From NCBI GenBank assembly GCA_964389675.1, contig CAYMEV010000004.1, positions 124,001-178,232 of the forward strand: a DNA stretch of 54,232 bases. Direction: 5' to 3'. The translations under genes and the position numbers were made by a program. Positions within the stretch are counted from its first letter, which is position 1; every line of letters starts with the position of its first letter. The notes beneath the pieces are model-generated. The model searched no databases. It had not been told where the DNA came from and saw only the letters and a program-made list of their open reading frames with translations. Below, piece after piece: positions 8,289 to 18,150 of the stretch. This DNA comes from an uncultured Candidatus Sumerlaeota bacterium. GTDB lineage: Bacteria; CAYMEV01.

Positions 8289-11102
8289 ATGTTTCCCTTA
8301 AAAAGAGCTATTATTTCTTTTTTTATTTTCCTTTTGCCATTCGCTGCTGTAAATGCGGCGGATTGCCTTAAGATTGACTATGAGAGCAACTTTGCAGAGA
8401 TAAGCTTTAATTACGATGAAAACTCTGCGGGATCATATACAGACAGCAATGGCTATATCCTGCCTCAATTCACGCTTAACCTTGCGGTACCTCCGTCTGA
8501 TTCTTATTATATAGAGGCTCTGGATTACAGCACTGTCATTATTGACAATTCATTCAGGAAATTTGCATCAGGCGCAAAGACCGATATTACAATACCTGAT
8601 GCATCAGTCGGGATAGATCCCCTGATTAACGGGATCATCAGGGCAAAATCAGGCATACTGAGGTTTCAGCAGATCATTGCGCTGAACATAAGGCCTGTAC
8701 AGCTGTCAGATGGATCTGCCACTCTATACAGCACCCTGAAGATCAGGCTTCATTATGAAGGGATAAAATATGAAAGCATAAGGGGAATATATTCAAAAAG
8801 CGATTATTCTGAAATGTGGGAGGAGACACTCAAGAACCTCCTGGTCAATTATGAATACGGCAAGTCATGGAGATTGAAGCAGAAAGGCACTGAAATGGCC
8901 ATACCGCCCTTTCTTAAAAATGAATCATCACCTGTTATAAGGCTGACGGTCACAAAAGACAATATCTACATTGTAAAGCCGAAGCTCTTTTACTTTCTCG
9001 GCCTTGACCCTTCAACAATAGACCCGAGGACTTTCCAGCTTTTTTACAAGGGGGAGGAGGTTCCAATAATCGTCATAGGCGAAGAAGACGGCATTTTTGA
9101 CAATAATGACTATATACTGTTTTTCGGCAGGTCTGTTGAAAGGGGTGAGTTCTACAGGAATATCCTCACAGATGAATCCAATTATTTCCTTATATACAGC
9201 CAGTCAGAAGGCAAAAGGTATACTGTCCACAGTTCTTCGCCTGTTGGAGAGCCAAATGCCGTTGCCTTCAACACCTCTACGCTCCAGGAGAAAAACCTGC
9301 TTCATGATATATACAATATCTATACAAGCGACCCTATGGCTGATAATTTTTTCTGGAAGCGTATAGATGCGCCCAGCCAGAAGATCTTTGCCTTTGCTGT
9401 CAACAATATTGCCCAGGATAGCCAGGACTTTATATTCAAGCTCTTTTTATCCGGGGTCACTGCCCTGGAAGAATCACCCGATCACCATTTTATTGTGAAG
9501 CTGAACAATACACAGATACTGGAGGGCTTCTTCGACGGAAGGACATCTCACATGTACACAGCCCAGTTTCCCGACTCCCTCCTGACCAATGGGCTGAATA
9601 TCCTTTCCGTACAGTCTGTCGGAGATACTGTTCCCGACAGTATAGACTCAATCTATGTGGACTGGTTCCAGATTGTATATAATGCCTATTATGTAATGCA
9701 GAAGGGAAAGCTGACATTTGCAAGGCCAAGGATATACACCTCCCCATTCCCCTATACATTCGAGGTAGACAATATAAACACCAGCGATGTCCTTCTTCTG
9801 GATACAAAAAACCATGTCATGTTTACTGATTATACAATGGAATTTAATGAAGAAACAGGCAGGTACAGCCTTTCCTTCACGGACGACCTGATACACGAAG
9901 GAAACGGGGGCCAGCCTCTTAAGCCATCATATTTCCTGACATTAAGAAAACTCGTCAAAAAACCTGACAAAGCCGAACTGATAGAGGTTCCCGATCTTTT
10001 AAACCCTTCAAACAGGGCAGACCTGCTCATGATATACCATGCAGAATTCCAGGATGCAGTTGATACTTTGAAATCCTTCTACGAGTCGAAAGGCTTTGAG
10101 GTATATGCTGCAAGGATAGACCATATATATTATGCATTTAATAACGGAATTGTATCAATACCCTCGATAAGGAGCTTTCTTGAGGGGGTTTTCAATACAT
10201 GGGAGAAGGTCCCTTCCCATGTAACATTTATCGGCGGAACGACATACGACCCTATGCTGTTTTTGGAAGACTCTTTCAAGGGGCTTTTTATACCTGCCTG
10301 GGGGGAACCGGCCAATGATTTTTACTATGCATGCGTAAGCGGGGAGGATGAGCTTCTGGATTATTTTTTAAGCAGGATACCTGCACAGACTGCAGAAGAG
10401 GCTGTCTCCTATGCAGCCAAAGCAATGGAGTTTGATACAAACCCTTTTATTGGAGACTGGCAGAAGATGTCCCTTTTTATAAACGGCGGGTTTAATTCAT
10501 CTGAACAGACAATATTCTCCTATCAGACAGACAATATCATAAATGATATTATCTGCCCCAATACATCTGCTAAAGACAGCTATATATGCAATACCTATGT
10601 AGTATCAAAAACCACAACCGGATGCAACTGGGACGAGTATAAGGACGAGATAAACCAGTATATCACGGACGGCGTCTCAATTATCAATTTTTTCGGACAT
10701 GCCGGGTCTATGACATGGGACTGCATGTACAGCACTAATTCAGTACTGGCCCTTTCTAATTCTCCGAAGCTTCCAGTGATTTTCTCAAATACCTGCTTTA
10801 CGGCTGCATTCGACAGCCCTTCTCTATATTCGCTATCGGAACTGTTCACCAGCTACCAGCCGGACGGCGGGGCTTTAGTATTCGTTGGCCAGCCTCTTTT
10901 AGGCTATATGTGGGGAGGTTACTACCTTGCAAGGGAATTTTTTACAGGATTCTTTGTTTATAAGGACATTAACATAGGCCAGGTCCTGACAGAAGCGAAG
11001 CTTAGGTTCTATCTTGATTATTTCCCTGATTATGTCGGAACCTACCAGATGTCAAATGTAATTGGTGACGGATTTATGAATATTCGCCTTACATTTGAAT
11101 AA
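8289..11102 (+). CDS. Peptidase C25 (gingipain/PorU-like) protein
   Basis: Signal peptide, propeptide-like region, DYILFFG, NDFYYAC, SRIPA, catalytic FFGHAG and NTCFT, terminal IGD. Confidence 0.8.
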   Translation: MFPLKRAIISFFIFLLPFAAVNAADCLKIDYESNFAEISFNYDENSAGSYTDSNGYILPQFTLNLAVPPSDSYYIEALDYSTVIIDNSFRKFASGAKTDITIPDASVGIDPLINGIIRAKSGILRFQQIIALNIRPVQLSDGSATLYSTLKIRLHYEGIKYESIRGIYSKSDYSEMWEETLKNLLVNYEYGKSWRLKQKGTEMAIPPFLKNESSPVIRLTVTKDNIYIVKPKLFYFLGLDPSTIDPRTFQLFYKGEEVPIIVIGEEDGIFDNNDYILFFGRSVERGEFYRNILTDESNYFLIYSQSEGKRYTVHSSSPVGEPNAVAFNTSTLQEKNLLHDIYNIYTSDPMADNFFWKRIDAPSQKIFAFAVNNIAQDSQDFIFKLFLSGVTALEESPDHHFIVKLNNTQILEGFFDGRTSHMYTAQFPDSLLTNGLNILSVQSVGDTVPDSIDSIYVDWFQIVYNAYYVMQKGKLTFARPRIYTSPFPYTFEVDNINTSDVLLLDTKNHVMFTDYTMEFNEETGRYSLSFTDDLIHEGNGGQPLKPSYFLTLRKLVKKPDKAELIEVPDLLNPSNRADLLMIYHAEFQDAVDTLKSFYESKGFEVYAARIDHIYYAFNNGIVSIPSIRSFLEGVFNTWEKVPSHVTFIGGTTYDPMLFLEDSFKGLFIPAWGEPANDFYYACVSGEDELLDYFLSRIPAQTAEEAVSYAAKAMEFDTNPFIGDWQKMSLFINGGFNSSEQTIFSYQTDNIINDIICPNTSAKDSYICNTYVVSKTTTGCNWDEYKDEINQYITDGVSIINFFGHAGSMTWDCMYSTNSVLALSNSPKLPVIFSNTCFTAAFDSPSLYSLSELFTSYQPDGGALVFVGQPLLGYMWGGYYLAREFFTGFFVYKDINIGQVLTEAKLRFYLDYFPDYVGTYQMSNVIGDGFMNIRLTFE

Positions 11103-11706
11103 TAATCAGCAAAATTGCTGCATGAACAGCGATGTCTTCTTCTGCCAGCCTGAAGACGGCTACCGCATCAATCAGGACTCCATCCGGCTGTCCTCCTTTG
11201 TGCCTGACAGCCTGTTCGATCAATCCTTTCTGGACATCGGCTCCGGGTCCGCTATTATACCTTTAATGCTTGCCAGGAGAGGTTTCAGGCATATTTTTTC
11301 AATAGAGATACAGCCCTGTTTTATGCCCTACTCAGTTAGAAACATCCTCTCAAATAACCTTGAATCCAATATATTGCCTGTTCTGGGAGATGCAAGGGTC
11401 AAGAATTGCTGCCTTATACGCAGTTCATTCAATAATATCATATCAAACCCGCCATATTACAGAAAAGATTCCGGATTAGCACCAAGGACAAAGCATCTGT
11501 GTATCTCAAAGCAGGAAATTACACTCTCATGCAGTGATCTATTTTATTCTGTGGATTTTCTCCTGAAAAGACAGGGGAACTTCTTCGTGTCTGTTGCATT
11601 CATTCGCCTGGGAGATTATTTAAGGGTGTTCAGCAATGGCTTTATCCTGATGGAGCGAGTGGATATTTCAAGAAAGACATCTCTTTTGTGGTTCAGGAAA
11701 AAATGA
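11095..11706 (+). CDS. SAM methyltransferase, tRNA1(Val) m6A37 (TrmN6/YfiC)-like
   Basis: QPEDGYR, LDIGSGSAII, SIEIQ, ISNPPYY. Confidence 0.7.
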   Translation: MNNNQQNCCMNSDVFFCQPEDGYRINQDSIRLSSFVPDSLFDQSFLDIGSGSAIIPLMLARRGFRHIFSIEIQPCFMPYSVRNILSNNLESNILPVLGDARVKNCCLIRSSFNNIISNPPYYRKDSGLAPRTKHLCISKQEITLSCSDLFYSVDFLLKRQGNFFVSVAFIRLGDYLRVFSNGFILMERVDISRKTSLLWFRKK

Positions 11707-11709
11707 GCT

Positions 11710-12282
11710 TTATATAATGCTGTTCTCCAGCCTTTTTAATATATAATCCATCTCTTCTATGTCCTTTTTCAGCAGAGCATTGCTTTTTTTCAGGTATGAT
11801 ATATTTATCTTCAGCTCATCCTGTTCTTTTATTAGCTGCTCCCGCTTTTTTATTTCCCTGTCATAATTGGTAAAGGCCTGGCCCTGTTCTGCTGAATCCT
11901 TGTAATCATCTACTGCTTTTTCGATCTGCTTTATTTCAAATTCAATCTTTTTTATCCTGGATTTTTTCTGGCTTAACTCGTACTTTATCTTTTTTGTCCT
12001 GTTTATAAGATCGTTCTTTACCTGCACCAGTTTGTCATATTCAGCCTTTGTGCTTGCATAGTTCTTCTGCGCATTCTTATCGCTTTCAATTGCCTTTTTC
12101 ATGGAAGCTATCTTTGAAAGAATGCTCTTATTGTTATCCTTGAGGGTTTTCAGCAGGCTTTTTTTTGATTCAAGCTCTTCGGTCTTTACAATAAGGTCAT
12201 TTGAATTCTTCTGGTATTGTGTCTCCATCCTCTTATATTCTTCAATTATCTTCGTAACTGCATTGCTCTGTATCTTATCCAT
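11710..12282 (-). CDS. All-coiled-coil protein (190 aa), likely co-transcribed with pomX-like gene
   Basis: Continuous K/E-rich heptads; 4 bp downstream of 12287..13285. Confidence 0.7.
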   Translation of the reverse strand: MDKIQSNAVTKIIEEYKRMETQYQKNSNDLIVKTEELESKKSLLKTLKDNNKSILSKIASMKKAIESDKNAQKNYASTKAEYDKLVQVKNDLINRTKKIKYELSQKKSRIKKIEFEIKQIEKAVDDYKDSAEQGQAFTNYDREIKKREQLIKEQDELKINISYLKKSNALLKKDIEEMDYILKRLENSII

Positions 12283-12286
12283 ACCT

Positions 12287-13285
12287 TTACCCGCCCTGTT
12301 TATTAATGCTCATTATATCATTCAGGTCATTAAGTGTCTGTTTCATCTGATCTGACCTTGATTTCAGAGTAGTATTCTTCTGGTGCTCTTTTTTATGCTC
12401 AATTCTCAGGGAGAATATGGAATCCTCTATACGCTTGTTCTCTTCTATTATCAGCATCAGTTCACGCTTCTCCATCTCCCTCAGTTCCTTCTGGCTTTTC
12501 TGATGGAGCTCTATCTTCTTTAAGGCCTGAAGCTTCTCCTTAAGCATCAGCTGGGATGAGCCAAGCTGGGACTCAAGGTCCTTCAGCTCTGTTTCAAGCT
12601 TATCATGCTCGTCCTTAAGTTCCTTTATGAGTGTTTTATTGCTCTCGATTTCATTTTTCAGGACATCCTCTGTCTGAACGCTTACTTCGGATTCCTCCAT
12701 CTGGTTGCTTAAGAAGGAATGCAGCTCATAAAGCTTCTTGTTCCTTTCCTCCTCGCTTTCTATGAATGACTGATAATCGCTGATCTCCCTGCTTATTATC
12801 TCTATGTCATTCTGGCTCATTATCAGCTTTTGTTTCATCTCAGTAAGGGAGTTGTTGAAATTATGCAGATATTCCCTCACAGCAAGGCTTTCTTTTATGT
12901 CAGCCTGCTTTTCCTCTGGCGCCGCTGCCTCTTTATCCGATACCCTGCTGACCGGTTCTCTTGCCTTTGCCTTATGGGCTTTAGCCTTTTCCGTGCTGAC
13001 TGCATCAGCGCCGGGACGGTCCTTTTTATCATCCAGGCTTTCATTTTCAATCATTTCGGATCCCCTATCAGGCATCTGCCCATCATGGCTTTCTTCACGG
13101 CTTAATTCCCTTGCAGCCTTGATAATCTTTCTCATAGGGGATATTCTGGCTTCGCTTTCTGTTTTATCATCATCTCCGGGCATATTGTCCTCCAGCACCT
13201 GAGGCTTATTATCCCACTGCCCGCCGGGCTTGTGCCTCTTTCCTAAAGGTTTCCTGGATGCAACATTGTCTTTAAAACCTACCAT
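12287..13285 (-). CDS. PomX-like protein: basic N-terminal peptide, disordered region, C-terminal coiled coil
   Basis: N-terminus MVGFKDNVASRKP resembles recalled M. xanthus PomX MKKAFEQNVSRAKP; divergent from a PomZ-like ATPase. Confidence 0.6.
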   Translation of the reverse strand: MVGFKDNVASRKPLGKRHKPGGQWDNKPQVLEDNMPGDDDKTESEARISPMRKIIKAARELSREESHDGQMPDRGSEMIENESLDDKKDRPGADAVSTEKAKAHKAKAREPVSRVSDKEAAAPEEKQADIKESLAVREYLHNFNNSLTEMKQKLIMSQNDIEIISREISDYQSFIESEEERNKKLYELHSFLSNQMEESEVSVQTEDVLKNEIESNKTLIKELKDEHDKLETELKDLESQLGSSQLMLKEKLQALKKIELHQKSQKELREMEKRELMLIIEENKRIEDSIFSLRIEHKKEHQKNTTLKSRSDQMKQTLNDLNDIMSINKQGG

Positions 13286-13328
13286 AGTTCAATCCTTGAA
13301 TTTTGTATTATTATCCTTTACTTCTTAA

Positions 13329-13357
13329 AGTATAGTATGCAGGGGATAAAATATCAA
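13329..13357 (-). promoter_or_regulatory. sigma70-type promoter for pomX-like operon
   Basis: TTGATA-N17-TATACT on minus strand. Confidence 0.55.
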
Positions 13358-13365
13358 AAAAATAA

Positions 13366-13394
13366 TTGCATTTGTCCATATTTTTATTTATAAT
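13366..13394 (+). promoter_or_regulatory. sigma70-type promoter for pomZ-like gene
   Basis: TTGCAT-N17-TATAAT. Confidence 0.6.
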
Positions 13395-13423
13395 TCTGCC
13401 ATTGAGATATTCGAGGTATTTGT

Positions 13424-14395
13424 ATGGATATTAGATCATTCACAGTAAAAGAGTTTTGTAATGAGCTTGGAATAACAAAAAACCAGCTTATAGAGCTTGC
13501 AAAAAATGGTACAGTGCCTGAATCCGGCAGGGACCCGGAGACAAATTTCAGGCAGTTTTTCCCGTCTGACCTTCCTGAATACCGTAAGCTTCTGAATATA
13601 GAACCAATGATAAAAAAGCCTCAGAAACAGCTTTTCCTTAATTTTAAGGGAGGCACCGGCAAAACCACAATTTCTACATCATATGCCTACCGTGTCGCTG
13701 AGATGGGCTACAGGACTCTTCTGATAGACCTCGATCCTCAGGGTCACGTTGCAAAATGCCTCGGATACGATGCGGAGAATCTGAAACACACCCTTTACAA
13801 TGTGCTGATAAACAAGCTCAGCATACGAAATGTCATCCAGCATACCACACTGGACACCTTTGATTTCATACCCTCCAATCTTTCGCTTACGCCTGTGGAG
13901 ATAAGCCTGGTCTCGAAAACAAACAGGGAATGGAAGATAAAGAAAAGCCTTCATGAGATAGAAGGGGAGTATGACCTTATTGTCTTCGATGCCCCCCCGA
14001 ACATGGGAATACTGAACCTGAATGCCATACTGGCAAGTGATACCATTATCATACCGGTTCTGGCAGATTTTCTTTCTTTCCACGGTCTCAAGATCCTTTT
14101 TGAAACACTATCTGAAATAGAGGAGGATTTTGAATTCTTCCTGGACAGCTTCATACTGCTGAACAGGTACAATGCCCTGCAGAACATATCAAATGAGTCT
14201 TTCAATGCCCTGAGGTCAAACTATCAGGATTATCTGCTGGATACCGTCATCAGGCAGGATACCAAGCTTGCAGAAACAAGCTCCTACGGCAAGCCTATAT
14301 TTCAGTACCTTCCTTCAAGCAAGGCTGCAAAAGATATAAATGCACTCATAAGCGAGATATTCTCAATAATCAACAGCAATAATTCCGCAGAATGA
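13424..14395 (+). CDS. pomZ: ParA/MinD-family ATPase with N-terminal HTH-like extension, PomZ (AgmE)-like
   Basis: QLFLNFKGGTGKT, STSYA, IDLDPQGH, KCLGY, FDAPP, PVLADFLSFHGLK, IRQxTK match recalled PomZ blocks. Confidence 0.75.
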   Translation: MDIRSFTVKEFCNELGITKNQLIELAKNGTVPESGRDPETNFRQFFPSDLPEYRKLLNIEPMIKKPQKQLFLNFKGGTGKTTISTSYAYRVAEMGYRTLLIDLDPQGHVAKCLGYDAENLKHTLYNVLINKLSIRNVIQHTTLDTFDFIPSNLSLTPVEISLVSKTNREWKIKKSLHEIEGEYDLIVFDAPPNMGILNLNAILASDTIIIPVLADFLSFHGLKILFETLSEIEEDFEFFLDSFILLNRYNALQNISNESFNALRSNYQDYLLDTVIRQDTKLAETSSYGKPIFQYLPSSKAAKDINALISEIFSIINSNNSAE

Positions 14396-14440
14396 TGCCT
14401 GAGAGGGCACCGACAGGGCTATGGCCTGCCGGCGCACTTC

Positions 14441-15265
14441 CTACAGGTCTAATTCATTTGCTTCCTTTGTCTTTTTATGCATCGGGAATTCCCTGTTCAG
14501 CCTTTCAAGGTAATTCCGCGCTTCCTTTACCATGCCGAGCTCATTATATATCTGAACGCTCCTGAAGTATGCATCAGGAAGAAGATTATCCTTTGGCCTG
14601 GTCCTGCCGGCTTCTGATACATAGGTTTCCATATAGTAGGAAGCCTTGTTGTAATCCTTTTTGATATAGTAGCAGTCGCCAAGCCAGAAATATGAGTTCA
14701 CTACCATGTATTCAAGCTCAGGGATACCTTTAGCATCCTTTATGAAAGATTCAAAGCCTATTATGGCAATGGAATAGATCGAGGCAATATAATCTGAATA
14801 GGCGGAGCTGTAACGTTTCTGAAGCTCCAGTATATCGGGTCTTTCCTCACGGGGGGGAAGGGTGCCGCTATTACTGCCTATTATTGATACCCCCTGATCA
14901 TCAGTGACATTATTCTCATCATTAGCCTCCACCACTGGCTTCGCCGGTGCATTATAGGCCATTGTATCAGTCCTGCCCTCAATGGCTTTAAGCTTGATGG
15001 TCAGATTGTCAACATCTTCCGAGATTCTCTTAAGGTTGTCCTTAAGGTCATTTATGGCTGCATAAAGCTCATCTGCCTGCTCAAGGAGCTTGTAGGTTGA
15101 ATCGGGAAGCTGGCTCATCCTGGATTTTATATCCTGGAGTGTCTCTGCGTTTTCCCTTGTCTGTATCTCTATTCTCTTGATATCATTGCCAAACTCATTG
15201 TATGCCTGCCCTGCGCAGGATGCAAAAACGATGCATATCGCCAGGACCGGTATGATATACTTCAT
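14441..15265 (-). CDS. cpoB: CpoB/YbgF-like coiled-coil + TPR lipoprotein
   Basis: FASC lipobox, coiled coil, YFWLGDCYY TPR; last gene of tol-pal operon. Confidence 0.75.
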   Translation of the reverse strand: MKYIIPVLAICIVFASCAGQAYNEFGNDIKRIEIQTRENAETLQDIKSRMSQLPDSTYKLLEQADELYAAINDLKDNLKRISEDVDNLTIKLKAIEGRTDTMAYNAPAKPVVEANDENNVTDDQGVSIIGSNSGTLPPREERPDILELQKRYSSAYSDYIASIYSIAIIGFESFIKDAKGIPELEYMVVNSYFWLGDCYYIKKDYNKASYYMETYVSEAGRTRPKDNLLPDAYFRSVQIYNELGMVKEARNYLERLNREFPMHKKTKEANELDL

Positions 15266-15270
15266 ATTTT

Positions 15271-15810
15271 TCAGTACCTCTGTATCTTGAAATGGGCCCT
15301 TCTGTTCTTTGACCTCTGAGATTCAAGAGTTCCCAGAACAAAGGGTTTCATCTTACCATATGATACAGTCTTGATCCTTGACGGGTCAATCCCGTTCAGT
15401 ATGAGATAGTCTCTTACACAGTTGGCCCTTCTGTCCCCGAGAGCATAGTTATACTCCACTGTGCCGATATCGCAGCAGTGGCCCTCTATCAGGACATTAA
15501 CCCTCGGATTTTCCTTCAGCCACCTGATGTTCTTATCAAGGATCCGCCTGTCTTCATTGTCCAGATTGTATTTATCCAGTTCAAAGAATACATCATCAAC
15601 ATATCCCTCAGCAGTGACATATTCATCCATAACAATATCCTCATCCTCATCAATGTCATGTATCCCTATGTCTTCCTCTACAGGAACAAAGGTCTCCTCC
15701 TCAGAAGGCGCTGTGTCTTCATCAAGGGTGACCTTCTTCTTCGAAGAACAGGAGAGCATGAAGATAGAGCACGTGATAATAAGGAAAAGAACAAGTAGTC
15801 TTTTTGTCAT
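15271..15810 (-). CDS. pal: Peptidoglycan-associated lipoprotein Pal
   Basis: MLSC lipobox, IEGHC, GTVEYNYALGDRRA, VSYGK, NRRA; GGAG RBS supports ATG 15810. Confidence 0.9.
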   Translation of the reverse strand: MTKRLLVLFLIITCSIFMLSCSSKKKVTLDEDTAPSEEETFVPVEEDIGIHDIDEDEDIVMDEYVTAEGYVDDVFFELDKYNLDNEDRRILDKNIRWLKENPRVNVLIEGHCCDIGTVEYNYALGDRRANCVRDYLILNGIDPSRIKTVSYGKMKPFVLGTLESQRSKNRRAHFKIQRY

Positions 15811-15827
15811 ATTTTTCTCCTTTTTTT

Positions 15828-17123
15828 TTATTTCCAATGTGGTTGTATTATATTCAGGTTTTTATCTGTAATGGGAATATTAAATTCAGCATCGGTATTT
15901 GTCAAGAACAAGCGGATCGAACCCCACTCCTTTGATGAATATACGATGAGCCTTCCCCTCGGGGAAAAGGACGGGTCCTCGTTTGACCCCTGGGAGTGCG
16001 TCAGCCTCCTTGGATTGGAACCGTCAATGTTCATTACAAATACATCAAACCTCCCGAAATTCATGCTGACGAATGCAATATGATTTCCGCAGGAGCTCCA
16101 TGACGGGCTTTCATAATACTGCCCGCCGTAGGTTATTCTCTTTGAATTTGTGCCGTCTGCATCCATGATGTATATATTGGGAATCCCCGCCCTGTCGCTT
16201 GTATATGCTATATTCCTGTTATTTGGGGAAAAGCATGGTGATGTTTCTATGCTTCTCGCCGCTGTCAGTTTTTCAAGCTTTTTGGAATTGAAGCCTTTAA
16301 TGAGGTATATATCTGTATTGTTGTTTACAGACATTGCAAAGGCAATTGTATCCCCATCACTTGTAAATGTCGGAGCACTCTTGGTATATCTGGTCTGTGT
16401 GATCTTTCTTACTGCCCCTGTCTCAATGTTTCTTACAAAAAGATTGGGATAGCCGTCCTTATAGGATATATAAATGAGGTTTTTCCTGTCATCTGAAAAC
16501 CTTGGGCTTGAATTAATGCTGTTGTCATTTGTTACCTGTACCATATTCCTGCCGTCATAATCCATAATTACAATTTCCTTTGAATTATCACCTACCAGTA
16601 CTGCAGCGATCTTGCTTGTGGCTATGCCTTCTTCTCCTGTAAGGATAAACGTGATGTCATCACTGAAGGAATGGACAATTTTGCGGAAGCTTTGCTTATT
16701 GCCTGTATATTTCTTGCTAAGAAGCCTCTCTGCGGAGAAAGGGTCCCTTACGAATCCGTAAAGGGCAATATCACCATTTTTTGACTCTTCAATATAGGCA
16801 AAGACAATAGCCCTCAGGCGGGTTTGATAGGAAGGGTCATCCCTGACATGGTTCCTGTCCAGCTTTTCTTTCTCCGTAAGCTCTTTTTCCCCGTAAAGCT
16901 CGAAATAGCCCAGGATACTCAGATCAAAGACAAGTATGCTGTCGCATTCATTTGTCAGCCTGCTGGGCCTTCCAGTGTTCTTATCAAGGGTATCCATGAT
17001 CCCCACAGGGGTTTTTCCCGTTCCCTTTCTTGAGATAGTAAGGTATACTTCATCATCAATAGAATAGGCATTGATGGCAAAGACTAAAACAATTGCAATA
17101 ATTATTGGATACCTAAGCCTCAT
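15828..17123 (-). CDS. tolB: TolB
   Basis: MDYDG, repeated SPxFS/WS propeller blades; operon position. Confidence 0.9.
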   Translation of the reverse strand: MRLRYPIIIAIVLVFAINAYSIDDEVYLTISRKGTGKTPVGIMDTLDKNTGRPSRLTNECDSILVFDLSILGYFELYGEKELTEKEKLDRNHVRDDPSYQTRLRAIVFAYIEESKNGDIALYGFVRDPFSAERLLSKKYTGNKQSFRKIVHSFSDDITFILTGEEGIATSKIAAVLVGDNSKEIVIMDYDGRNMVQVTNDNSINSSPRFSDDRKNLIYISYKDGYPNLFVRNIETGAVRKITQTRYTKSAPTFTSDGDTIAFAMSVNNNTDIYLIKGFNSKKLEKLTAARSIETSPCFSPNNRNIAYTSDRAGIPNIYIMDADGTNSKRITYGGQYYESPSWSSCGNHIAFVSMNFGRFDVFVMNIDGSNPRRLTHSQGSNEDPSFSPRGRLIVYSSKEWGSIRLFLTNTDAEFNIPITDKNLNIIQPHWK

Positions 17124-17137
17124 AATATATCTTTCTC

Positions 17138-17746
17138 CTAAATGTTTTCAAATCTAAAGAATACCGTAAGCCTTTCATTTCTGTAATTTGCAGGCAGGGG
17201 CGGGAAGGGTTCCGATAAAACCACAGCTTTCATGGCTGCCCTGTCAAAGTTATAGAAGCCTGAACTCTTTTCAAGCTTCACATTATCGATCATGCCCTTT
17301 CTGTTTATCTGGAATCTGACAATGCATTCCATCTTAAATGGCCTGTCTTCAACCGTCCAGTTCCTGTAGACCTTGTCCCTCAGAAGGCCAAGGTAGTAAT
17401 TGCTCTCAAAATCCTTCTCAAGCACCGATACAGGTGCTCTCTGTACCTCCCTGGGCTTTTCTTTCTGCTCTGCCGGCTTTGTTTCCAGTACCTGCCTTGT
17501 GCCAATTGTATTTTTTGGCTTTTCGTATTTTTCATCAGGCCTCTTAAACCTGTCAGGCTTCTGCTCTTTTGGCCTCTCGACGACCCTGACAGGTTTCTCT
17601 GCCTCCGGTTTGGGGGATTCAAATTCTACCAGGCTTGCTTTTATGAATCTCGGTGCCTCCGGGAGCTTCAGCTCTTTTGTAGGCAGAAACACAAATACAA
17701 TGATCATAAGGTGTATTATAACAGATATAATAAAGCCAGATCTCAT
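17138..17746 (-). CDS. tolA: TolA/TonB-family protein
   Basis: TM SxxxH, Pro/Lys/Glu linker, SSG..FDRAA..AV..PFPPLP. Confidence 0.8.
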   Translation of the reverse strand: MRSGFIISVIIHLMIIVFVFLPTKELKLPEAPRFIKASLVEFESPKPEAEKPVRVVERPKEQKPDRFKRPDEKYEKPKNTIGTRQVLETKPAEQKEKPREVQRAPVSVLEKDFESNYYLGLLRDKVYRNWTVEDRPFKMECIVRFQINRKGMIDNVKLEKSSGFYNFDRAAMKAVVLSEPFPPLPANYRNERLTVFFRFENI

Positions 17747-18150
17747 TTCTTCCTTTCCTGTATGACAAGCCCTACTTCTTCTATGCCGGCCTGCTTTATC
17801 TCATCCATGACCTCGATAACAAAGCCATAATCGACCTCACTGTCCCCTTCTATAAGGACCCTGTATTCCCTGTTCTCTGAAATCCTGTCAGCCACTTCCT
17901 TTCCGATGCTGGTAATGAACATGGGCTTTTTTTCAATATATATTGTTTTATCCTTTGTAATACTTATAATAACCGATTTCACCGGATCCTTTATGCTTTT
18001 TGAAGCTGTTGGAAGGTTCACATCAACCCTGCTCTGGAGTAGAGGTGCCGTTATAATGAACATGATCAGAAGGGTAAGGGCGACATCCACCAGAGGGGTA
18101 ACATTTATCTCGCTTAGAGGCTTTCTTTCAAGGCTTGGATTATGGTACAT
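17743..18150 (-). CDS. tolR: TolR/ExbD
   Basis: EINVTPLVDVALTLLIMFIITAP. Confidence 0.9.
   Translation of the reverse strand: MYHNPSLERKPLSEINVTPLVDVALTLLIMFIITAPLLQSRVDVNLPTASKSIKDPVKSVIISITKDKTIYIEKKPMFITSIGKEVADRISENREYRVLIEGDSEVDYGFVIEVMDEIKQAGIEEVGLVIQERKK

Noticed and set aside
13424-14395. Plasmid or prophage type Ia ParA partition locus
   Set aside because: No parB, parS repeats, rep or integrase; flanks are chromosomal genes and motifs match PomZ
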